Part shown: positions 37,801-49,800 of the stretch, in pieces | How positions within the stretch are numbered: the stretch's first letter is position 1 | How the letters are laid out: each line of letters begins with the position of its first letter | From: Ylistrum balloti | Lineage: Eukaryota | Assembly (NCBI RefSeq): GCF_031769215.1 | Contig: NW_026782196.1 | Location: forward strand, 930,001 to 994,000 | Direction: 5' to 3' | Length of the DNA stretch: 64,000 nt | Translations under genes and position numbers: made by a program | The notes under the pieces: generated by a model | The model's input: the letters and a program-made list of their open reading frames with translations, nothing else | Told to the model about the DNA's origin: nothing | Database searches by the model: none

Positions 37801-40800
37801 TGTTGATACTGACCACTTATCTAGGAGAAATACGCTGCACGGCACTTTACATCAAACAATACATTAGATACGTGAACCAGCTAGAGTCAGTCTTGTTTTC
37901 TCTCTGTACTTTTTTGTGCTTCTGAAGGAGTTGCTGGATTTTACAGCTGGAAACATTTATGATAAATTCACTCACGCATCCATCTCTTTTACGTTAAATA
38001 AAGATATTAAATATACACGTTAAGTGTATATTGTGGAAGCTGCAGCAGCTGGCTTTCGCATTCCAATAGAAGTTACAATTAAAGTATTCTTTAAAACGCT
38101 GTGGTAAGTGTTAAATTTATTTTGTAGATGATTTCTTGATGATGTATTTGAGATTTAATTTAGATCCAAGAATGATAACAAAAATCATACCGCAATTAAT
38201 TAATACATATTAAGGAATCCCCAGTCTGTCCACGTTTTACGTTTTAGCTGGACCAGACGTTTATCCAACGCATATGAAGTATTATAAAACGTGTATTCTA
38301 ACATAAACTCTTACTTCCATAAAGTATTAATTGTTATATGATATTCTTTTATAATAACGAATTATCATATATACTCTTATTCCAGCAGCTCCGGGCATCA
38401 TACATCCAAAATTGATCCCAATAATCATTTAACAATATCATTTGTACAATTCATGGACGAATAGAAATATTCATCGGTAGTCCCTACAAAATATTTCCAA
38501 AAACAGCATCATATTGAATTTAGATAAATCTAATGCATAATTTAGAGATAGAAGAACGGCATTTTACCGGGGATATCTGTGCTGTAGCGGTACAGTCGGC
38601 TATGATGTATAGGTATAAAAGTCATCATTTCCTTAGGCTAATGTCACTATAGGGAGTTGATGATAATGATTGTACAAAAAAATAAATACAATTCAATTCT
38701 GACCAACGTGAGATTCGGTGAGCTAGATATCATCCTTAAAACGAAAAAATACATTATACATATAAAATGATGTTACTGTAATAAGGAATACTACCAGAAA
38801 GGCTGGGATTTCATTCAGAAATGATCATAAGATGAAGTCGTGTATATCAGGACGAAACAAAGGGAAACTTAGACTAGAAACTTAACACGTTGTACATCAG
38901 TATTATATTACCAGACAGAGAGATATGACAAGGTGGCGTAGATTTTATTGGGATTCCTAGATATAGATATTAACTTTGTCAGCATGAAACCATGGAAAAA
39001 TCAATACTTTGGCTTCGGGCTCTTACAAAACAATATCCGTACCGTCCATCTCGAGCATATTTAGTAGAACTTTAGTCAGTATGTCGATAAAATGAAGTAC
39101 ATATTGAGCGATTTCTGAAGAACGTCAAGAACATCTGTGAATTCTGAACCGTGCCAGAAAACATTTGAATCAAAACGTGGCATGCAGGTTTTTTCCCATT
39201 TAAAGAATTAATTTTCTATAAGTCACCTAGAAGTATTCCAATACATTTTAAAGTATTGTCGCCTGTCACTGCCTAAAATTAAGTGTTTATGACCTTTCGA
39301 TATCGTTTCAGGTTATCGCTAACTTTTTCGGAGATCGACAATGGTACAATCCTGTTCCCACAAAGTCTGTCCACTGGGCTGGGGGCAGAACAGAACCCCC
39401 TCTTAATACACCTTCGTGTGGCTACCAGGGAGACGACCCTATGTGTTCTAAGAAATGTCAGTTGCTATTTCAGACAGTAAAGGCACATACTATGATATCT
39501 TGACAATTTCGTTTCTCTCCCGCCTCGAACACCAAAAGTGTAGAAAAGTCGTTAAAATACAATATACGAGAAGCAAAATTAATTTGTTATTATTTCTAAT
39601 ATACCAACATGTAATTGATATTTTAATGATATCTTTTTCATGATAATATAACACGATTTCTTTAAGTTTTGTCTTTAGACTAAATATATTATTAATTGCT
39701 GCCGTGAAATAAGAATGTTTAACGAACACCTTGTATCTTTCTGTTTATTAGATTTTTCATACGAACTGAAGAATGTTTAACGGACACCTTGTATCTTTCT
39801 GTTTATTAGATTTTTCATACGAACTCGTCTACGTTATAACTGCTATATCTACGCTACTCTTCGTCATTGTGTCTGGTGCTTTCATCCTTTTCCGGTAAGT
39901 TTTCATGACACATTACGATATTTTGATATAGACATACAAAGAGCTTAGTGAGTTCTATGTTAAACGTTGTAGAGGGAATGTTTACAATTTTCTAAAGACG
40001 TCTGGTTTTGGTGGTCCGTCATCGACGTCATAAAGTCTCGGCTGGTACGAAAATAAACAAACATTACAAAATAAATAGACATTACACATAAGGCAGATTA
40101 CCAGGACAATTACTGCAGTGTATAAGTAAATCGTTGATACATAAAACAGTTTAACGATTTGATTATAACTACACATTGACGGTGTAATTAATTATGTATC
40201 AGTGATTGATTTATCACCCGATTGTGTAGTACACTGTCTTGTCAAACATTATGTTCTGTTGAGGAGGAGGATGATAAACTTTCGATTTGATTAGACGTAA
40301 ATGACGTGTTTCGCACCAATTCTGGTGGGTATATACGATGGACATGGCCAATGTTTCTCGACAGGACCTCATAAATATATCTGAAAGTGAAATTGAAGAA
40401 CTTTGCAAGGTCTTTGTGACCAAAAAGATAAGGCCTTCGATAGACTAAGCCTTGTATGAAAGTTTCAAGAAGTCGGCGAACAACGAGACAGTTTGTTCTC
40501 ATACGTATGCCAATAGCCCTATGAAAGCTTGTACCTTCAGACGCGACGAAGATATTTTCAACCAGAAACTGGATCATTTGGGGAATTTTTCCTCCGTATA
40601 CTTCATTTTTGATTTGGACGTATTTTTGATGATATACGATTTAGTATATATCATATATATGTATCGCCGATTACCTTTATTAGAAAAGTAAAGTTTATTT
40701 ATCCAATATTGCCTTAATTGCATTGATAGTAATTTAATCAAGACACACGGGAAATTCTTTTCGAATTTTGGCAGGGCAAACTATTTTATGGAAGCCAAAA

Positions 40801-43800
40801 TATTTGTATTTTTTTCTTTCTGATAAAGGCATCTTCAAAGAGAGCGAGATCTACAAAATATGGCGTGGATGATAAAATATGACGACATTAACTTTCATGT
40901 CGATGGCTACAGTATGTCTGTAGGATCAGTGGTAAGTAACCGCCTTGTTACAGTATGTCTGTAGGATCTGTGGTAAGTAACAGTCTTGTTACAGCATGTC
41001 TGTAGGATCAGTGGTAAGTAACCGACGCCGCCTTGTTACAGTATGCGTGTAGGATCAGTGGTAAGTAACCGCCTTGTTACAGTATGCGTGTAGGATCTGT
41101 GGTAAGTAACAGACGCCGCCTTGTTACAGCATGTCTGTAGGATCAGTGGTAAGTAACCGCCTTGTTACAGTATGTCTGTAGGATCAGTGGTAAGTAACCG
41201 CCTTGTTACAGCATGTCTGTAGGATCAGTGGTAAGTAACCGCCTTGTTACAGCATGTCTGTAGGATCAGTGGTAAGTAACCGCCTTGTTACAGCATGTCT
41301 GTAGGATCAGTGATAAGTAACCGCCTTGTTACAGCATGTCTGTAGGATCAGTGATAAGTAACCGCCTTGTTACAGCATGTCTGTAGGATCAGTGGTAAGT
41401 AACCGCCTTGTTACAGCATGTCTGTAGGATCAGTGGTAAGTAACCGCCTTGTTACAGCATGTCTGTAGGATCAGTGGTAAGTAACCGCCTTGTTAGAGCA
41501 TGTCTGTAGGATCAGTGGTAAGTAACCGCCTTGTTACAGAATCACGGTAAGATCAGCGATATGTAGTCGACACCGTCTTGCAACGTTGAAAACGACCATT
41601 AGAAGAAGTCATATACACTGTTATATTGTTTGGAGGATTATTTTTTAGTATTTCAGAGGAAGGTATAACTTAAAGACAAGTCATCAACATAATGGAAATA
41701 GATTGATTTAAAAAAACATAACATTTTCAGACACCTATCAGTGAAAAGTCAGGTGATTTTGTCTCTGATACTTCTGCTTATCACAGTTAGTAGTAAATGG
41801 AATCTAGTAACCAATAGTCTGTACATATTCACAATATATTTTCACTACCAAACCCTACACATTGAGATACATGAACCTGCCAAGGAGTTAACCGCCAGTA
41901 TATACATAGTATACATAGGTTCTACACCTGGTTGGCAAAGTAACGCTTTACCAGTATCAAAACATAAAAATCAAGGATGGAGGGCGGGTTGTAAATGTAC
42001 GCGAATCCAAACTCACTTTTATTTTTCCTGTCGTATCTTTGTATAATTTGTATATCACTGCTGTAGTCGTTTTATATATGCTTTTTATGTGTCGGTTCAA
42101 TGTAGAATAACGAGTCAGTTGTATCGCATTAAAATTGCTATAACAGTTCGATTTAATGAGTACTATGCATGGATTGTTTCAGCCAAGCTGCATTGCCTCC
42201 TCGATATCCCGAAGGTCCTCTCGATACAACACTGACCTGACCGGGACCCAATTCCTAGCTGGATTCGCAACATACAGGGTGAAGAATCAAGACACTAGTT
42301 TAAAGAACACCTATTTATAGTTTGAAATTCCTGATACATACATGGGATATACATTACACGGCATTTGTTTAAATATTTCTGTTTAATTTTGTTTCATGTT
42401 TTCAGTTTGCATCGCGAAGTTAGCTCTGAGTTACGTTGCTTTTTTTATTATATTCTTTAATGATGTGAATTTGCAACACTGCTTTAAACAGTTAGACATT
42501 GTCACGAGACAATGATATACATTCCAAAAACTAACGCCCATACAACAGGATATGTTTTCTGTTTGGATTCTATAGTTATGTTTTCTAAATTCGGGTTAAC
42601 ATTTTCCATGGGAGCGGGGACATGAATGTTTCGCAGACGTTTTCTAGTTGTATTTTCTATGTCTTGTATTCTTTCAACTCCAGATACGTAATGCTTGCTC
42701 CGTTTTAATCTATTTGAATAGTGGCACAGTACAATATATATATGTTCTTGATGTTCTTTCGAAATTAGCAGATGTATGAAATTACGAAATGATTTGAATT
42801 ATAGGGCTACTGCATCTCCCCATCTAGCTTTTGAGATTTCCCTCGGTCAGTTGGATTCTCAGTCGCCTCCCATGTTTCAAATTTAGTATCTCTACATGCC
42901 TAGATGGACGAAACACCTGTATGATTCAATTAATTATCTTTTTTGAGGCTGTATTCAATTCTAAATTTGTATCGAAAGACTGTATTCACTCTTGTGGATG
43001 TTCTACAATTTCAGTTTAGGTCAAACACGGATTATTTTGCAGAAAACGAAAGGTATCTACGAGTAATATATTTGTGATCAAACTAGACGCTACTTACTAC
43101 AGCGGGATATTGCTATGTCACTGTATGACTGTTCATTGTATTCCCGGTTTGTAATCTGCCTGTGCCGTCCTCTGCAATAAAGATAATTTGATCATGACAG
43201 TAATAGCTTAGCTTGTCAGTCACGTAGTACGTTCATCAATGAGAATGTGATGACTCTAGAGCGGTATTAAACTCATTAGCGGAGAACGACTATATAACAA
43301 CATGACATGGCACTATTAGATATAAAGGTATTTCTGAGCAGTTTTAACTCCGTATTTGGAAGGAAACAATAATACACGACATGACTGATATACAAATGTA
43401 TCTATTCTGTATTGGAAGCAGTAAACTAGGGCATATTGTAACATGCACGGGTGTCTGTAGTTGTATGTATAGGCATATAACTGTGTTGGTTGATGAAATG
43501 ATCTTCCTTACAAGATTCCAATTTTGTCTTAAAGTTATAAGTTTTGTGAGGAAGACTTAAGGAATGAATTTCACAAATCGCTGTTTTAAAGTGTTGATGT
43601 AAAACTTGTAAAATGCATTTGCTCTTGTATGACCAGGGATCACCAGTTTCTGTCAGAATGGTACGACAGAGGAAGATAGATTTGTCAAGAAATGTACTTA
43701 AAGAACTACAACAGGTGCGTTCCTTTAACAGAGGTGATCGTTGATTAGAATTGATCGTATAATATCAACAACAATTAATTATCACGGCTTATATTTGAAA

Positions 43801-46800
43801 TGATTCGTTGGTTGCAAACCATATTAACCGGTAATTGTTGACTTCGAGTCATTTAAAACACAAAGAAGAAAAGTGATATCAGACACTAGTTTATGGGTTT
43901 AGTAGCCCCGTACATTAAATTTTGATATAAGGTTCAATACCGTTTACCTGTTATTACCAGTTTACGTTCTATCGAATTATCTAAGTATACTAGTTTATTA
44001 TGCGCTCTGTGCATTGCCGTACGGTTCTTATCATCAATTTACTTGCTTAAAAAACTGCATCAATGTTGCTGGTACATCGCAATGTGATGATGGAGATTGT
44101 GAAGCAGTAAACAGCTTCATAAAATAAGTAAATAAATAAAATAAATAAATAAAATAAAATAAAATAGATAAATAAATAAATTAATTAAGATAAAGTAATA
44201 AATAAATACTCTTCAATATACTTCTTTGATATCAAACGTAAACACAAATATTGTAATAAGGAATATATATGTTGAAGGTGCGGTCCATGACGCATGAAAA
44301 CCTGACACGGCTGATTGGCGTTAGTGTAGAAACAAACAAAATCTGTATTGTCCACGAATTCTGCACCAAAGGTTGTATAGAGGTAATAGCAGGTTCACTG
44401 GACCTTGTTCCTGAAGAACAAATGTGTACAAATATCAGTTTGCTTGATGTAACTTTGTGATATTTAACTTATATGTATTCTATTCGATCCCCTTTTCAGC
44501 GTTGTTTTTCCTTACTGATTTCTCGATAGATAAAACAGCGTTTAACATGATATGAATGTTATTATTTTCAGGATATATTAGAAAACGACAACATTAAACT
44601 GGATATATCTTTCAAAATGTCGATGCTTAAGGATGTAGCTGCGGTAAGTACTCAATGCCGTGTGATTAATGAAGGTCCTTGCAGATTTCCACAATATTGC
44701 CCAACATATAGCTCAATAGTTTTTTGTTGTTGATGGGTTCGTAAACTTACAGGTCTTAGAATGGAAGACCAGTGTTAGGCGTTCTAGCACTGGCATACGT
44801 TGTGTACTAAATGGTAAGAAATCGAATGACTTTTCCGGCTGTACTATAATCATATGAACACTAAGGCATAAAGTAATGTGTCAAAATTGTAAAAAAGATT
44901 AAGGAAAAGAAAGTGCACAGGATGGCAATAATGGTAACATATGGAAAAACGGAAACAACCCTATTAAACAGTTTGAAAGGCGTTTGATTGGAAGATTAGT
45001 TTACTCACAATGTAGGCACGTGTATTTCATAGCATAGAACACTCCTAAAATGTATTGACATCAAGGATCCACAAAGTGGAATCCATTACGGACCATAGGG
45101 ACTATACTGGTCCGTTTGGTTACAATGGCTTCCGACCAGTAGCAGACATTCTTTGACTTCTGGTTGGGAACTGAGAACATCATGTCATAAACCTAAAACA
45201 CCTAGCAGAAAGTATGTCCACAGTACTTATCTAAAATATCAGGGATGCAATTCACACAGTGTGGCGTCTATTTTCACCAACACATCCACTGACAAAGTAC
45301 TTGGTATGATTCGGATCCACCTAAAGCAAGATCGACCATGGCAAAAAAACACCAACTTCCATAAGAAAGACATCTCAAGATTTACTAGAAATTGTGCTTA
45401 ATATTATGCGTTCCAATGTATCATCTATCAGCAGCAATGATGGTTTTCTGATTACCGGAAGAGGAGTACAATAACCTCTATTCTCTTACCTGTACTTTGT
45501 TTTTAATGGTGGTGTCTTTTAGGTGTCCACCTTCAGATGACTCTAATTAGAGTGTGTTGTTCGAAAAAAATTAATAACAATGTCTCAATTAGAGAGGAGC
45601 GATGCGGGCAAGTATGGGTTAGAGAACCACATGGTTTTAACTCGGATTTTGAATTAATGCTTCATCAACATATCTATCTTATATTCACATATAGTATTGT
45701 CCAGTGAAAGTTAAAGCGTTTGGTGGTCATCGGTCACGTTAAGAAGGACCAGAGGTCAAAATTGACCACTTTTGAATAAATGAGCAGGTCAAAACCTATC
45801 AACAAATATATTCCATGTTGACAGTTGTTGAGTTCATGTAGAATTATATTTAATCCAGTAGTCCAAATTATCTTGACATCGTATTTCGTAACATGTCGAT
45901 GCTTATATACAATCATATTGTAATATGACAACCTGACATTCTGCAACAGGGGATGTCGTTTATACAGTCGTCATGCTTGAAGTACCACGGGCATCTCACG
46001 TCCAAATGTTGTATGGTGGATAGTCGCTTTGTTGTAAAAATATCAGACTATGGTCTATCCACACTTTACCAGAATGCAAGAATAGCGCATCATGGTCAAG
46101 GTTAGTTGTTCTTTGTTATATTTCGGCTGAGGTGATAATGTTTTGATGTTTGCATGGAAATCTAGAATTGCACTAAATCTGTAACTATGGGATAAGCTTA
46201 ATTGAAAAAAGCTTAATTGAAAGAAGCATTGAAAAGAAATCACTTGGATGTGAAATTGCGCACATCACATACGAATTTTCTATAAAGAATTATGTCCAAA
46301 TGGTTTGTGTTTCATCAGGTGCACTTTCACTTTCATTTTAATTTTTATGTCATGTTTTTGAGTCCGATGAAGAGGATCTTATAAGATTCTGTATCGGTTA
46401 ATAAACTTAACTTAGCTTAGGTGCAATAATCGTATCGCTTACATATCAGAAATGTTATATAGTCATTTTCATGTGGTGTTTGTAGAAAAGTGATGTCATA
46501 CATTAGAAACATAATTAGAAATAATAATTAGTATTGTTTTATTTAAATACCTTACATAATACGTCGCTTTAAAGAACTATATCACAACAGAAATCCTAAG
46601 CTTACAAACACTACCATACAATAGGATCTCGCATTCACTGTGTTCTACTTCAGAGTTGTGGGTTGCGCCGGAACATTTACGTGAAGGAGGCCATACCATC
46701 AAAGGGGATGTATTTAGCTTTTCCATCATCATGGTGGAAATCTTGACCCGTTCAACGCCCTATGACGCCTACAGAACTGTGATGGACGTGGATGGTAAAC

Positions 46801-49800
46801 ACTGTACACCGCGTCTGTGTATCGATCTGGTCAACAAACCAACAACATCTTATCTTATAATAGCTACTGTCGCTATATTTACTCATTCCAAATGTGCGAT
46901 GGTTTATTTTACATCCCGAAATAGCATGTAAACAAATAAATCATACATTGGGGTACGTAAATATACAATTGGCGCTGGAATTGCACTGATGTACACCAAG
47001 AAATAGGTAGTTAATGCTCTTAGAACTTGTTCGATATATCACATTTCAATATCAACAATTGTGAGAACGATTACACATCTTTGAAGGTAATATGATCAGA
47101 ACAAATCTAATTTTTCTTTTGTATAGAGATTGTAGAAAAAATAAAAGAGAGGGACGAGCCACTGTTTCGCCCGATTGTCCCTAAAGACCATGGTTCAGCC
47201 GAACTCATTGATTTGCTGACAAGATGTTGGGCGGAGGACTCGGAGGATCGGCCTGATTTCCATAGTATTCTGAAATCTCTACGGAAGATGATGGGGTATG
47301 TGCATTTCACATCAATATCTTTTTTTGTCTGGGAAAATTTGTTTTGCTTAATTAAATATACAAAATTTCAAAACTTGGCACGAATGACAAAATGTGTGTC
47401 TGCAATATATCCCGAATCGGATTTATATTTAATACGTAACTACAATCGGACAACAGGACAGTGTGAGTGACGACACATACAATTTTGATGTCATCATTCT
47501 TTGCAGGACGAAACATACAAACTTCGTAGACATGCTGTTGCACAGGATGGAAAAGTACGCTACAAACCTTGAGGATATTGTGGAGGAGCGTACACAGCAA
47601 CTGTTGGTAGAGAAGAAACGCTCTGAGGAACTTCTACACCAAATACTTCCAAGGTCTATAACCACCGTCAACCACAGAATAATGTAGATCAATATGTTGT
47701 TTCGTTGAGGATATTTCACCACGAATAAAGTTCCTTTTTAGAAATTCAATATAAAAGACCACTACAAGGAGCGATGCACTCAGAAAAAATTAGCATAAAA
47801 AGTGAGAGCATACGATTATGTACTCCACTTAAATAAAAAAAAATCGTAATAATTTTCATTTCAGGTTTTTATAATTATATCACAATCATACACAAGGTTG
47901 AAAAAAAATTTCCATCTGTTTTTTGTGTATTTGATGAAGCTGACTAATTTCTGATTTGTAAGTTACGGAATTAACTGTACTTGATTGGTTAGTAGTTCTA
48001 TAAATGTTCGAAACTCAAAATCCCACGCCATTGAAATTCTGATGTAAACGCAGAAATAGCAATATGGTTCAGAATATACACATGTAATTGATGTTCTTTT
48101 GAAATTATCCTATACAGGAAAAGAACAAAATTTATTATTGAGGTTATTAAGGTAGTACATTAGTCCATCTAGATTTTGACATTTCTTCCATCAGGTTTTC
48201 ATTTTCTTCATTTGCGCCTTGAATTTCGAAATTTAGGACCTCAGCATTACTGGCGAGTCCCAGAAGGACGACACAGTTGTACGATGCAATTTAATGGATT
48301 GTTTGGCTCTGATGTATCTAATTTTAAATGCGTGGGTTTAAAATAAGCGATAAGTACGTATCTATTTTATTTTAGGAGTGTGGCAAGAGATCTACTGCAA
48401 GGTCGACATGTGTTGCCAGAAAGCTACAGTTCAGTCACAATTTACTTCAGTGACCTGGTGGACTTTACAAGCTTGTGTTCAAAGCTGACCGCGCTGCAGG
48501 TACAAGCATACAGATATAAATCGATATCGTAAACTATGAAATAAGCATTAAAAGATTGAAGTGTTTTGTTTGCAGGTTTATCGAAGGATTAATTTCAATA
48601 TGGTAACGATATTTAAATGGACAGTAAAGACAAATACTAACACCATTCTGAACTTTTGCCTTCGATAAAACTAACAAAAATGTACTTTTATTTCTAATGT
48701 GGATTTTAAAATTCTTAATTTCATTTTTTTTCAGTAAGAGTTCGTAGAACTCGCAGAGGTCTAATTAAAAATTATCGTTTAGTTCGGTAGACTTTTGCAT
48801 TTTTGCATTGTGCCAACTGATGCACGGACTTTCCGCCGCCAATTTATCTGTAAACAAGTAAACAGAAGAGTTCCAAGAGATTAAATCGTTTTATTGTTTT
48901 TTGCCACACGCACATCTAGAATAGTTTGTTTTGTATTCTTATACAAATTGTATTTAGAAGAACAGTATTAAGTATGCTGTTCATACAAACCGTTTGACGT
49001 CATAGCTGTTTTTCCAAACATATGGCGGCATGATAATTGCTCGTAGTTTTGACGCCGTCTCGAATTTAAATCGTACTAGACAAGACATGAGTGATGGCCA
49101 TGCTTATTAAAATCGATTTACTATCTTTGGACGGTTTTGTTCATACCGATGAAGCTTTTTTTCTAGTCGGATGATAATTGTTTTAGGAATGAGTTCTCAC
49201 AAATATCTTGTTCCTATATACATTGTTTCCCAAACAGCGTCACGCACGTGCTGTATGGAGAAGACTGGACACCTTGAGATGACAAAGATCGGAGATATGA
49301 GCGCATGTTTATATATGTATGGAAGAAAGTTGGTCTTTTTCCCTATATATTTCCACGAAACTTGACGGCATTTAGGAGGAACATGTTATTCGTGTTTATC
49401 TGTTATATAAGATTTTGGTATCAAGGTTTTATTCACAGAGAGAACTGTGTTACATTACATATAATGTTTACATAAGTTATCGTAACACATTTTTATTATA
49501 TTTTGAAGGTGATTGACGTTCTCAATGAAGTGTATACACTGTTTGATAACATAATAGACAAGTACAACGTATATAAGGTGAGTCTGGAAAAGGACACGCA
49601 TTTTACTTCTTTAACTTTTGTTATTTTCAAAGTTGACTAAAATCCTTTTTAGTATCATGGTATCATGGGTAAGAATTGTACTTAAAGGTATGAGTATAAA
49701 TAAGTGTAAAACAATCTAGTTTCCTTTTTTTCAAAAAAAGAAAGCATTTCTAACCTGAGATGCCATTTTTTACAAGATCAGAATGTCATTGACAATAGGA

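Noticed and set aside
37927-38105. Candidate extra cyclase exon (tgaag|GAGTTGCTGG...)
   Set aside because: Exon 6 (phase 0) joins exon 7 (VIANFFG) directly, giving the expected family sequence; this candidate has no receptor similarity.
45060-45420. Possible transposon coding remnant in cyclase intron 13
   Set aside because: No RT, transposase or integrase motif could be identified in any frame.
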